Source of the DNA: Mobula hypostoma
Taxonomy: Eukaryota
Length of the DNA: 64,000 nucleotides
Direction of reading: 5' to 3'
NCBI RefSeq assembly: GCF_963921235.1
Contig: NC_086097.1
Span: forward strand, 166,782,001-166,846,000
The notes below the pieces were generated by a model. That model made no database searches and had not been told where the DNA came from. It was given only the letters and a program-made list of their open reading frames with translations. Position 1 is the first letter of the stretch; each line of letters begins with the position of its first letter. Made by a program: the position numbers and the translations under genes. Shown one piece after another: positions 15,301 through 30,300 of the stretch.

Positions 15301-18300
15301 TAAACAAAGTGATGAGGAACTGAACAGGTCAGGCAGCATCTATGGAGTGAAGTGGACAGTTGGCATTTACACCGCAAACCCTTCCTCCGGACTTACTTTA
15401 AACTGTGATGGTCAGATGGAGAGATTAGGGGTGTGGAAAGAGATTGGATACTGGATCAGGTGGATCAGGAGAAGAGAAAAAGGGACGGCGGAGAGCAGTT
15501 ACTGGAAGTTATATGTAAAATTTAATGTTCATGCTGCCAGGTTGGAGACCGCCCACGTGAAATATGAGGTGCCGTTCCTCTCAGCGGCCTGTTCTGTCAA
15601 TTTACTACAACAGAAATCACAAAGTTCAGGAATACGAGTCCTTTAAAAATAGAATTCTCGTGCAAATCTGTGGAGGCTCTCTCGATACTTACCCAGGGAA
15701 TGGTCCATAGTTACCTCAGGTGATGTACAAGGTAAAGAATAAACACCTTAATTTCCCCTGTACAGTATTAGACAAACAAACAGTGCCCATTGATAAAAAC
15801 AGGACACTCAGCAGATCAGGCAGTATATGTGGAAAAAGAAATCCCGTGTTGATAGGAGAATCAGAGAGGGCTTAATAGTCATTCAAGAGAGAATATGGAA
15901 ATAAATGAGGGAATAAGATTGTTTTGGGGACAAGGAACGATGATAGACTTCCTTTAATGTTGTAGAGAAATACAAGTATGAAATGCTTTCGCATTGACAG
16001 CCAAAGATGAGTTCTCTACTCTTCCCTCTGCTACCCATCTCCACTCACTTGGAGACTCCAACCCTTATCACTTGCCAGTTTTTGCTTCACCCACCCCTTC
16101 TCCTCTTGAAACCAGTGATCTCCTCTCCCCTCTTACAGTCCCAACTCAAAATGTTGATTTTGTCCATTTTCCCTGCGCAGATGCTGCCTGACCCACTGTG
16201 TTCCTCCAGCACCTTGTTTTTAGCTCTTGCTCCTGCACCTGCATTCTCCTCTCCTCTGCCTCCAATCATGGACACTATTCCTGTATGCATTCTGTGTAAA
16301 CAGTTAAACTACACATTCTTCAGTTCATTCATCACAACAATACAATGCAGAGAGATTACCCGTCTACAAACTGGATCCCTACCATAAGTGACCTTAGTTA
16401 CTACTCATTACAGGGTGCCCACATATACCTATGTGGTGGTGACTTAAACATGCCATTTGGTGCCCAGGTCCTCAGGGTGATGCCACACACTTATGGTCTT
16501 TTGAGAGGGACTGGAACTTGGGGCATATTCATCAGGATGACATCTTGATCTTCCAAAACAGAGCAAAACAATTTCGAGACAAGCGCCTTTCAACAGGATC
16601 AAATTGTCTCAGTCTGAGTGGTAAATTCTGTGTAATAATTCAGGCATGCAATATACATTCCATCTCTCAAAATTTAAATGTAGGGAAGACCACAAAGATT
16701 TTAAAAATACTGCAATTTAAGGTTTTATAGGAGGTTGAACTTCCACAGGGGTTTATAGCAATCCACTCAATGCTCGTAAATTACATAAATAGCTTTGCAC
16801 ATTCAAAACCACCCAACTAATAATGTCACAAGGCCTGGCGTGCTACATATTTACAATCCTTTATACAGACAAAACAGTTAAATGTGCTGTTAATTTCCCC
16901 TTAGAAATCCATTTCAACTCAACCTATCTGTGATATTCCCTTTGTTCTTCACAGTCCAGCCCCACCTTCTGTTACACTGAAGCTAACCTGTAATTCTCCG
17001 CTTCCCTGCTCTGAAATGTTGCATGGTTTCAACCTGAAATCTTGACCATTTCTTTTCTCCCACATGTACTGCTCAACCCATTGTGTTTCTCAAGCAGATC
17101 ATTTCGTGGACATGATATCTTAACTGTTTTGCTGATCACAGATGCCTCATCTGCTGCATGCTTCCAGCATCTTTAGTTGTTACTGGACCTGAAATGTTGA
17201 CTCCTTCTTCCTCTGCAGATGCTGTCTGAATTTCCAGAATTCTCTGTTTGGATTTCAGATTTCCTGCATTTGCAGTTTTTTTGATTTTCTGTTCATCTGG
17301 ATTTTTTTTTTGAATAGGCACAACTGGAATAACTGGCAGGATTGTATCCCCAGACCATCTAGAGAGCGGAGAATATTTCATTTAAGGACAGAACTTGGAA
17401 AAATAAATCACCTCTCGAATCTTCCTCTTCCTCCTCCTCTTCACCCTCCTCTGTCTTTTTGTCATCTGTTCTTTCCTCTTTCTGAGAACTGGTGTTGATG
17501 TTCATCATGCCGATGTCAGGCAGGCTTCCATCCTGATTCACTAACCTGTGGAGATATTAGGACTGTTACGAAGACATCAAGCACAAGGTGTGGCCCTATC
17601 TGGATTAGGTTCAGAGGTGTCTTGCCATAGAATGTCAAGCACGTTACTCTAGCTTTTTGACAGACGTTTTTCCATATGAGCATATTAGAATTAGGAGAAT
17701 AATTGGTACATGAAGCAACTGTCTAAAACAGCTACATATTAAAATTGCTGCTTCAAGATTATGATTCAAAACTAAACTTGACATTTTCCTGATGGAGAAA
17801 ATTGTCATAGTTTAAGTTGAGAGCATGAAATGGCAAGATGTGAGAGCAAGCATTTCATGTCTTTGGAAGACTTACGCATTCTGACGATTTGACATGTATA
17901 GCTTGATTCTGTACAGAGTAATTCACACAGGAAGAAAAAGAGGATGAGTACAGCACATTATGGAAAGAATATTACAAAAGAAAAGATTTGCATCAAGCCA
18001 GACAAAGTTTATTATCTTCCCCATAAGCTGGAAACTGCTTTACCTTGCTGTGTATTTTAGATTTTGTGCTAAAGCTGCGTGCGTTTCTATTCAGGATAAT
18101 ACATGCAACCCTCATCATTCAATGCTAACTTTTGCAAAACCTTATTGCATTCAAACAGTAATGGCCATTCCATACTTGAGATTTGCTTCAAACTGTGCTG
18201 CTATCATTTTGTTTTAGGTGCATGGTCAAAAATCAATTCAGCTTTAGTTTGCTGGAAGTGAAAATGACAAAATACTTACTTGCCAGCAGTCTGCAGCTGC

Positions 18301-21300
18301 GTGTGAATATTTTACAAAGTGAAGGAGGGAAGGCAACTTGCATGCTTAGGCAGGAAATTTAGATCATGCACTTTCTCCACAAGCTATACATGATAGCACT
18401 ATAGTTCGACGGTACACATTTACTTTAAACTCTAAGAAGTCTATCACAGGCAAAGCCCTCCCTACCATTGAATACATTTACATGGAGTGCTGCCACAAGA
18501 AAGCAGCATCCATCATTGAAGACCCCCACCAAACAGGCCATGTCCTCTTTTTGCTACTACCATTGGGCAGGAACCTTAGGTCCCACACCACGAAATTCAG
18601 CAACAGTTATTACCCTATAACAATCAGGCTCCTGAACTTCCATGGATGACTATGCTACTCTGAACTGATTATATGACCTAAAGACTCACTTTCATGCACT
18701 TTTTACAACTCATGTTCTCAGATTTGTTTTTATTTGCATAGCTTGTCTTCTTTTGCACATTGGTTGTTTGTCAGTCCTTGTTTGTGCATGGTTTTTCATA
18801 AAATTCTATTGTATTTCTTTTAGTCCTGTAAATGCCTGCAAGGAAATGAACCCTAAGGTAACATATATGTACTTTGATGATAAATTTACTTCGAACTTTG
18901 AAGAATAACATTAGGAGGAATTCTTCCGTGGAAACTGGCATCAAGAGGGAGTGAGAGAATCAGCTGGTGATTGTAATCAACTCACACATTTGTTTCATTG
19001 AAGGCAAAAGTGTCAGTGCCTTCACACCTTATACTAACCAAAAAGGATTTCTTTCATAAAGAGACCAAAAAGGTTCTGTGCAATAGATTGATACTTCTTA
19101 ATTCTAATGAAGTATACCCTTGCAGATAAATGTCAGTCAAGTTGAATTTAGTTATACTATAGATCTTTCTGCTGTGTTATTTATGCTGTCCTAAGTTTTT
19201 ATGCATCCAGAAAAAATACTCCTGTTTACATCGATGGTGCTGAGGTCAAGAGGATTGAAAGCATCATGTTCACAGGAGTGAATATGACCAATAGCTCGTC
19301 CTGGTCCAAATACAGATGCCATTGGCAAGAGAGCTCACCAATGCCACTTCTTCCTCAGGAGTCGAAAGAAATAGGGCATGTCCCCTTTGAGTCAATGCAC
19401 CACAAAAAGCACCCTGTCTGGATGCATCATGGCAACTACTCTGCCCATGGCTGCAAGAAATTGCAGAGAATTGTTACAGAGCTCAGCACATCATGGAAAC
19501 CAGTCTCCCTTCTATGGGCTCGGTCTTCAATTCTCACTGTCTCGGTAAAGTAGCCAACGCTGTCAAAGACATCACCCACCTATCTTCTCCCACCTCCTAT
19601 CAGGCAGAAGATATGAAAGCCATGAAACTCATTCCACCAGGTTCAAATACAGCTTCTATCCTGTTGTTATAAGAATGGATCCCTAGTACAATAGAATGGA
19701 CTTGGCGCTGCACAATCTACCTCATTATGGCCTTGTACCTTATTGTCCGCCTGCACGGTACTTTCCCAATAATTGTAACCCTTTATTCTGCATTCTGTTA
19801 TTTCTTTCCCTTGTACTACCCCATTGCACCATGTGATGAAGTGATCTGTATGGAGAGCATGTAAAACAAAAGCTTTTCACTGTACTTCAATTTGTGTAAT
19901 AATAATAAACCAATTTATCAGCTTTTAAAATGAGGGAGTAACAATTATCAATGAAATTCTGGTTAATAAGAATAAAAGAAATAGGAGCAGGAATAGGGCG
20001 CCCACTCTTCCATTCAAAGATTATATATGAGATCTATCTGTCACATGTACATTGAAACACACAGTGAAATGGATTGTTTGTCTTGTTGAAGATGTGCTGA
20101 GGCCAGACTGCAAGCTTTGCTATTTTTCCAGCACCAGTGTAGCATGCCCACAACTTACTAAGCATAACTTGCCTGTCTTTAGAATGTGGGAGGAAACCAG
20201 AGCACCTAGAGGAAACCCCAAGCGGTCACAGGAAGAACATAAAATCTCTTTACAACAGTCGTGGGAATTGAACCCTGATATTATACCTAGAACTGTAAAA
20301 CTTTATGTTAACTGCTACACTACCAGGCCACCATTCATCGAATATCCAGAGATCAATTAATCTGTTCCGTATTAACGTAATTACTGAGTATCCACAGCCT
20401 CCTATGGAAATGAATCTCAAAGTTTTGTCCTTCTATAAATGAAGGAATCTCTCTTCAGATACGTCTTAAATGGTTTACCACAGTACCACAACCTGGGGGA
20501 ATATCCTTCCCGCCTCAACTGTCAAACCCTTTTAAAATTCTCTTAGATAGGCACATAAATGAAAGAAAAATGGAAGGTTATGCGGGAGGGAATCTTTAGA
20601 AATGATCGTGGAGTAGGTTAAAAGGTTGGCACAAGATCGTGGGCTGAAGGGCCTGTACTGTGCTGTACTGGTCTTTGAATTTTGTATACTTTATTGTGAT
20701 CTCCTTTCAGTTTTCTAAACTTCAGACAATATAGTCATAGACCATTTTATCTTCCTTTACACACCAATCTTGCCTTCTCTGCAACCATTGAGTGAATCTT
20801 GTTGGAAGTACATTCTTTCATTAGGCAAGGGGAAACGAACTGTGCACCAATGCCCCCATATAATTCCGATAACAATTCCTTATTCCTGTGTTCAGATCCT
20901 CTTTAAAAAAAAGGCAAACGTATCATCTGCACCTGAATATTAGCAGGTACAAGTACGTTAAAATCCTGTTAAACGTCAGCACTACCCAATCTCACTACAT
21001 CTGAAATTCTGCTGCTTTTCTATTAAATGCACCAAGGTAGATTTTTTTTTTCATTTTTCCACATTACATTCCATCCACCATATTCTCACCACTCTCTAAA
21101 CTTATTCATGTCCACCTGAAACATCTTTAGCTCTCGCTTTGTACTCACAATTCCATCTAGAGTCAAAGTTATACAGCATGGAAGCAAGCTCTTGGGTCCA
21201 ACACAACCATGTCAGCCGAAGTGCCTTCCTGAGTAGCACGGTTTGCCTGCCTTTGGCCCATATCCTCTTCTCTATCCATGTGCCCTTCCAAAGGCCTTTT

Positions 21301-24300
21301 AAATGCTGCAACTGCATTCATTTCCACCACTTCCTCTGGCAAGTCATTCCACATAGCCACCGCCCTATGTGTGAAAAGCTTGCCCCTCAGGTCCCCGTTA
21401 AATCTTTCCCCTCTCACCTTAAACCTGTGCTCTCTAGTTTTAGACACCCCTACCCTGGGGAAAAGACCATGATCATCACTTAAACCATGTCCATGTTATA
21501 TCATTAAGCTCTATAAGGTTAGTCACCCAGGAAAACAATTCTAGCCTATCCAGTCTCTCCCATAACTCAAGCCCCCAAAATCCTGCCAACATTCTGGTGA
21601 AACTTCTCTGCAGCCTCTCTAAGTTAATTGCATCCTTCCTTTAATATAATGACCAGAACTACACAGAATATTCCAGGCGTGGTACCACGATCATCATGTC
21701 AATGGTTCAACTCAGTGTCAGAGAATATATACAATCTTCAACTTGCAGTCCTTACATGTCAGAACAGGAGTTGGGATATCATGTTGTAGCCGTACAAAAT
21801 GTTGGTGCGATGTCTACAACACAACAACAAACCTAGTTTAGTACTGTCGGCAAACTTGGTCCCCTCAGGACAATGTGTGACTTTGATTGTCAAAAGTCAC
21901 AAGCACAGGGCACAAGTCACCAGGGCTTGTCCAAGCACGTGCCCTGGGTTATTCATGATATTAATTTTAGTCTCTATCTGATAACCAATTCTCAGTCCTG
22001 GCCAGTATATTACCCTCAATTGCACCTGTTTGATCATCCTCCTATACTGGCCCTCATTTAACATCTGAAACTGAGTACACCACATCAACTCCCATATCTA
22101 TTCTAATAGTCATATCCACAAATAACTCCAGCACATTGGTTGAGAGTAATTTCCTCCTCAGAAATCCATGTTTATATTCACCAAGCCTTTATTAATGATC
22201 CATCGTGATCAAGTTCCAAAGAAAACAATTTGAATGTACTTTGAAGGGCAAAGTTTCATCTTATTAGCACAACAGTTCTCTTCCATTTCACTGGATATAT
22301 TGTCAGCCAAGGTGTGCTTTTCTTACAATTCTCTCCTGTAAACTGTACCCTCAGAACAAAGGCATGGGCAAACTGTGGAGGTGTGGGAATTATGTCAAGC
22401 ACTATGCAGAACTCCTAATAACCATGTAAAATGAATGTTTAGGATGGGATTATGGACCTACTCACGCACACTGAGCTCATATGAATAAGTATGTAAGCCT
22501 CGGAAAGCAAGCTAACTTAAGGTCACATGCCCCACCTTTGAAATAACATTGGAGGAGGTTTTAATGGTTTCTGTACAAGTTGAAGGGACTTTGTGGAATT
22601 GGAAAGCAAATGAATCTGATTCTGTGCTGCTCAGTAAACTATGCAGCCTGTTACAAAATCTTACACTGAATTAAGCCATTACCATATTACCTTCAGCCTG
22701 CTAATGTGAGGTTGACTTCAAAGGCAGCACCAGGTGATTGAGGAACATCATCATGTGAAATGAAGCGAAATTTAATTGACAAACACTATAACTCCAATCT
22801 CATCAAAACAGCAAGTATCAACAGATTAAACTGATTTGTAAAAAAACCCATTAGCATGATCTGAAGACAGCAGCTCATTTTCTCTCCTCAGATAAACACA
22901 CAGATACACTGACAATATTAGGTAATTAGGGTGTCCATATCTGCTATACATCAATATATTAACATGCCTGGTGGCTTCATAGAGCCATTATGCACTGATA
23001 TTGTGCACTCTAACATGATAATTAAGTGGTGAAACTTAAGAGAGGCGAAGGAGCAACTGATGAAATCAGCAAGAATTAAAGCACGTTCATGAAATTACCT
23101 GCACGGACATAGAACACAGAACAGGAGCAGGCCCTTCAGCCCACAGTATCTGTGCTAACCATGATGCTAATCCAAATTAATCCCATCTGCCTGCACATGG
23201 TCTATATTCCTTGGCTTGCTGCTTGATCATGGGCTGTGGATAAAATGGCTCTTAAATATTGCTAACATAACACTTGCTAGCACTCCCCCAGCATCACTTT
23301 ACAGACTCCTACTGCTCTTTGGGTAAAAAAAATTCCTTCTGCATAAAAACACTTGCTTGATGTACAAAGTTTGTACAAAGAGAAAAAGCTGTGCCAACAG
23401 AAGGTGGGACGGGTTTAACATCTCAGCTCAGAGACCTTTCTTCAGACATGCTGAACATTTCTAGCATTTTTCTACTTTAATCCAGATTCCAATATTTGCA
23501 TTTTTTTGCTTTTAGAAATCTTTCTGGCACACACTTTTATTTAATTATACTTTAGTGAAAAAATGAGGGACATACTCTGTTATTTGATTTGTTTTGGTAT
23601 GTAGGAATATTTGTCTCATTTTGAAATACAGTAATAATAGGAACGTACTTGATAAACATTGGAGGAAAGAATTGCTGTGAAAGATATTGATGGTTTTTGT
23701 CAGCATTAAATATATGAATGAAAGAAAGAAAGTGGCTTTTTCTAGGCGAGGTGCTCAGTATAAATGAGTAATAATCATTATTTTTTGGAATTGGGATAGA
23801 GCCCAGCTACTCTACCCCAGTCCAAAAGCAACAGATTAAATGCATTGGTTTTGGGTCGGGTCACTGACTGAAATATGCATAGACCTTTGGCTTGGATTTA
23901 AACGTAGAACATAGATGGTATATCAGAGGAGCAGGCCCCCCTGGCCCACAATATCTGCACGGACCACAACACTCATTTCTCCTACCCGTACACAATTCAT
24001 ATCTATCCATTCTCTGCATATTCATGTATCTATCTAACAGCCTCGTAAACTCCACCATTGTAGATGCTTACACCAATACCCCTGGCAGCTCACTCCAGGA
24101 ACCTACCAATTTCTGTGTAAAAATAATTCGCCCCATACTTCTTTAAAATTTCCCCTCTCACCTTAAAAGCATAATATTAATTACTTAATTCAACACAGAA
24201 AGAGGCCCCTTGGCCCATCAGTTCCATGCCAGCTCCAAAGAGAGAAATCTTTTCGGTTTCATTCTCCCCATTCCATACTGCCTGGGCCTATCACTCCTGC

Positions 24301-27300
24301 CCTCCAGTCAGCTTCATGTTTGATTCCAAATTTATCTTCTCTTAGGATAATTTACTGTAATTAACGAACCATGCAACACTCCTTTGAGTTAGGGAGGAAA
24401 TCAGGACAGAGAGTCAAAAAAAAACACCAGATGGTGATAGGGAGAATATGCAAACTGCACTTTTAGCACCAAGATCAGGTTTGGTCCCAGGTCCGTGGAG
24501 CTGCAAGGCAACATCACTACCATCCTAGCTGTGGCCGTGTAAGGAGACACACAAGATTCTGCAGATGTTGGAAATCTTGAGCAGTACACACAAAATGCTG
24601 GAGGAACTTCACAGGTCAAGTAGCATCTAAGGAGGGAAATAAACTTTTTATTCTGGCTTCTGCCTATCCCCCCTTCCTTTCCAGTATTGATCAAGGGTCT
24701 TGGCCTGAAACGTAGACTGTTTATTCCCCTCCATAGATACTACTTGATCTGCAGAGTTCCTCCAACATTTTGTGTTGCTTGCTCTGGTCATGTCAGACTT
24801 GGGTAAGGTTTTAACTTTACAACTGAGCAGATCTCTCAAACAGAACTCTTCTTTCACAGCAAACTGCTCTCTCTTCAAGAATTTAATACAAAGAATTAAA
24901 CACAACATTTCCCACTTGTTCACAGATGTCAATAATTACCCCACCACTCACTGATGATGCTCAACATACCCTGTTACATCCTGCTCATCTGATGCCATTT
25001 AATAAAGCCCCAGAATACGCCCAGGGGCCTACCTAATTCCAACCAAACACTAGGAGAAACTGAAGGAACACCACAGAAACTGCCAAATCCTTTTTGTTTT
25101 TATTGGTAACCCAGAGACCCTATTTGTGATTAAACTTAGTAAGAGTTAACATTGACTTTGTATAGGATGAGACAATTCATCACAGATGGTAGTAAATACA
25201 TACCTTGAAATTCAGAAGCCAATATGATAAAACTTTCATTGAAATAATCTTTTAAGTAACGCTAACACTATTACCTCACATTGTTATACCATACAGTCAT
25301 TATATTCAGGGATGCAATGATGCGATTCATTGAGATTCTGTTGCAGAAGCAGTTCCAAAAAAAGGATATGATTTGCATGCTATAATTTATGGCAAATAAA
25401 ATAACTGCTATGGACTTCTGTGATTACTAACAGTACCCACCTATTTACTAACAGATAAACACGACCATTAACTTTGGCATGGCTGGAAAATGGAGTGATG
25501 GGAAGCACAGGAATGATCAAAGAGAAAGGAGAAAGACATAGAAGAGATAAGAATCCACAGGTCAACAATTAGCCAACACAGCACACACAATGACATGCAG
25601 ACCAAGTTACCACAAATGCAACACAAAATGACAATTGTTAAACAAAGTAAAGCAGGATATAATGGAAATGAACTATTGCACTTAGTTCTGGTACCTTTTT
25701 CCAAAAATACAATGTTAATTTCTCCCACCGTTACAACAAATATAACAATACTGTCATCTTTGATTTTTTTTTAAATGGTCTGATTTTTCTCGGTTATCTT
25801 CTATTACACATGCACAAGTGGACCCCAGAGAAAGTCACCTGCCCACACATCTGCTTGAGATTCCTTGTGGGATGGGTGATGAAAGGCAACCGACATTGAA
25901 GAATGCCACAACAAACCATGATTTACTGATGAAGTTAATTGACAAGAAAAACAAATGCGTACTATTTAAAGGGGTGATTTGGCGCTTTACTCAGCAATGT
26001 GGAAAAATGAGATGACAGGAAGATAATGTTTATCTAAACATGGAATACACAAACTGGGACAACTAATGGCACTCTTGCCGTAACGAGAGGTTAATTATTT
26101 ACCCAAACCCCAATTTTTCTGCACTATTTCTGATTTTGACTTGTAGTATTCTGTACCTGGATGACACTATAGCTTAAAAACAATGGATTCTTCTCAGAAA
26201 TAATGGCGTGAGCTACCTTTTGTCCAAAGGATCTTGACTGCATTATGACAGGACTCTGCTGCTTTGGACCATACAAGGAAAACAATGATGTCCTTCAACC
26301 TGGATTCTCCTCACCTCCACAACTCCTTCCTTCCTCTGCATAGCCCCACTGACATTTGCTCTTCATTATTTCTTTTTTTTTGGAATCTGGGCAGTCCCAT
26401 GATTATTCCTCATCTGGGACAGCTCTTGAGAAGGTTAACTACTGCCTTGAAATGCTGCAGTGCTTCTGGTAAATGTGATTCCTCAAAGGGTGCCCCAACG
26501 GGTCACCCCGTTGTCTAGTGATGAGCTAATTGGAGGAGAGGTGGTGGTATTCCCTCGAGTCTGCTGTGTTTGCCCTACTTTGAGATGGATGCAGAGATTT
26601 GCTACATCACCAAAGACGCTGGCAAATTTCTACCGATGTACCACGGAGAGCATTTTGACTGGTTGCATCACTGCCTGATATGGAGGCTCAATGTGCAGGA
26701 TCGAAAGAGGCGCAGAGGGTTGCAGACTCAACCATTACAGTTACAACCCTCTGCATCCTTGAGGATATCTTCAAAATGTGGAGCTGCAAAAAGCTGGCAT
26801 CCATTCTAAGGACCCTTGCAATCCAGGAGATGCCCTCTTCTCATTACCACCATTGGGGGAGGAGATACAGGAGCCCGAAGACCTACGCACACAATTTACG
26901 AAAAGCTTCTTTCTCTTCCCCATCAGAATTCTGGACGGCCCATGAACTCATGAACACTACTTCATTATCCCTTTTTTACACTATTTGTTTACTTTGCAAT
27001 GCCTAGCAATCTTATGTCTTTGCACTGTACTGCTGTCAGAAGAGCAACACATTTCATGACATATGTCAGTGATAATAAAACTATAAAGCTGATTCTGATA
27101 TATGGGAGGTACTGTCAGAGTAGCCTGGTTAAATAACTGCAGTGCATTTTATAGATGTTACACACTGCATCATTGTGAACCAGTTTGCTGGTAAGCTGTT
27201 AGTGCTGGCTACCCTCTTCACTGTTGCCTGCATGCCCGCTGCAGCTTTCTGGCCTTTCCAGAGAGCTCAATGGAACACGAGGCTTGGTATAAAGTTTAAT

Positions 27301-30300
27301 CCTGGATATTGTTTCACTTCGCCTCAACTCTCTGCCTGCCTGAATTTTCACTTTCACCATCAAGTTCAGAATCTGTTGGGATGGGTCGCATTGCAGAACC
27401 AGCCTGATCCTCACTCTATTGAAAATAAATTGGGATGAACACAGGGCTGGTTCCTTAGTCTGCACCTACCACAACATATCTACAGACAAGTTTACTGAGA
27501 CAAAGTGTTAAATTCACACAAACCAGAATTATGTACAATCGAGATTAATCAGCAATAATTCAGAACTAAACAATGGCAATTAAAAGAATCAGTGTACTAT
27601 TTTATTACTGTTAATATCATAATTAGTGTAAAACAAATGAATAATAATGGTATTGTAGTACATACAGTAAATATCTATGGTTTGAGGAAAAGCAGACTTC
27701 AACTGTCTTATTCTATATTGAAATTTTAATGTCGTTTATGTACCTTTTTAAAATAAAATTCTGACAGAGAACAATTTTCATCTTTATTATTATTCATATT
27801 CTGGTGGATTGGATTGATTACCCCTTTGCAGAACTTATGAACAAGAGAGGTTCTTCAAAAGGCTGGTGATCAGTCTCAATATATGGCAGCTAAGGATAAA
27901 ATCTAACCCTGTTGAATGAACCTTGTATTTTCATTAACTAAATTTAACACAGAAGATATAAAGAATATACGTTTCACTGCTCTGAATGTTACTACATTTA
28001 AAATTTATCCCTCAGTTAGTCAATTACAAAATACATATATATTAGAGTTTTCATAATTATCACATGAACTATTACGTAACCCATTTCTGATACAATCAGT
28101 CAGGGCTGTTGGCAATCAATGTCATGACATATACAGTATATTTGTAATGCATAATTTGCCAACATATTAAAGAATGTTTCTTACCTGTAGATAGTGCTCT
28201 CCTGTTTGCTGGTCACTGCTTTAAGGTCAGTGAGCTCCAGAAATCGATCATGAAAATAATGAAGGTGCAATATACACACGAGCAGGAAAGATGTGGGGAT
28301 GAAAATGCTAGTAAACAGATCCGCAACTGTGAATTTCTCCAATCCAAGATCCTTCAATCTTTAACAGAAAACAACAATTACATGTTTAGTTCTGAAAGGG
28401 ACTAGTTCAAGTTCCTGTTCTAATTGGAATTTACCAAATTGTGTAAATTTTCATTTTGTGCATGCACGGTAATACACTTAGCTGATCTAGTCTTGTTTCT
28501 TAAGTCCTATTCCTGCACTTGCAACCTGTACCAGCTGTAAGTAAAGTGCACCCAATCTGCCATTTTGTCCAGTTGTTCGTACTTCACAGATTTGAATTAT
28601 TTATAATTGGGAGGCGAGTGTTGCTGGTAATACCAGTATTTATTACAGATTCTGGGTCACGTTTCATTATTAGCTACCGTATTTAAGGTAATGTCAGCTT
28701 TATCTACCTTCCATATTAGTCACTTAGGTAACCAGTATAATGTTTTGCTGAAATTAACAGTGATGTGTAATACAGTAAAACTCTGATAATCCTCTGTCCT
28801 TTTGCCTGGAAATCCTGATGGTCGAGCTCCATCTCATTTTAGCACATAGAACAGTACAGCACAGAAACAGATCTGTCAGACCATGATGTCCGTGCCAATC
28901 TAAACCCATCTGCCCGCAAGTCATCCCAACCCCTCCCTTCCCTGTCTGCTCATGTGTTTTTCTAAATGCATCTTAAACATTGCTTTTGTATCTACTTTCT
29001 TCACTTCTTCTGGCAGCACACTCTAGTCACTGACTGCCTCATGAATCATTTACCTTATAAATTAATGGCCTATTTCTGTTCCTATGTCTAATAACCTTTA
29101 AAGTTCCTCCCTCTCATCTTAAAATTATGTTCTCTGGTATTTGACACTTCCACCCTGGAAAAAAAAGACTCTGACTGTCTGCACACTCATCGTTTTAGAC
29201 ACTTCTATCAGGCTGCCATTCAGCCCTCCAACACACCAAAGAAAAGAATCCAAAATTTGTCAAACATCTCCTTATGTTTAATCTTCTAATCAGGGAAACA
29301 TCTTGGTTCATCTTCAAAGGCTTCACAGCCTTCCTGAAATGGAATGACCAGAAATGAAACAGTACTTCCAAATGTGGCCAAGCCCAATTCTTAAACTGTA
29401 CAGCACAACTTCCTCACTTTGGCATTCAGCAACCTGTCCAATGAAGGCAAATATGCCATACACTTTCTTGACCACCCTGTGCATAGGGTGTAACCATCCA
29501 TTCATAGGATATAGCTTTAAGGTGCAGCGATGGATATTTAAAGGAGATTCAGAATGTGGATTAGTTTTTTTTTAATAGACAGGTGGGATGCATGGAATGT
29601 GTTCTAGGGGTGGTTGTGAAACAGACACGATAGTGGCAAGATGAAGAGTCTCGGCCCAAAATGCCAACTGTTTACTCTTTTCCATAGATGCTGCCTGGTC
29701 TGCTGAGTTCCTTCAGCATTTTATGTATGTTGCTTGGATTTCCAGCATCTGCAGATTGTCTCTTGTTTGTGAATGGCATTTATGAGCCACTTGGACAGGT
29801 GCATGAAAATGCAAGGAATGGGAATTGGATCACGTGCAAACATAGAGGTTTAGTTTAATTTGGCATCATGGTTGGCACAGACATGGGCTGAGGGGTCTGT
29901 TCCTGTGCTATCTATTCCATGCTCTGTTACTTGTATTCTATTACTTATACTGAAGGAGCTATAACAATTAGTGAAACTTGGCTACAGGAGGGGCAGGACT
30001 GGCAGCTTAATATTCCAGGGTTCCGATGTTTCAGATGTGATAGAAGCAGAGGAATGAAAGGTGGGGGAGTAGCATTGCTTGTTAGGGAAAATATTACAGC
30101 AGTGCTCAGGCAGGACAGATTAGAGGGCTTGTCTACTGAGTCCTTATGGGTGGAGCTGAGAAACAGGAAAGGTATGGCCACATTAGTGGGATTGTATTAC
30201 AGACCACCCAATAGTCAATGAGAATTGGAAGAGCAAATCTGCAGAGAGATAGCAGGCAACTGCAGGAAACATAAAGTCGTGGTGGTAGGGGATTTTAATT

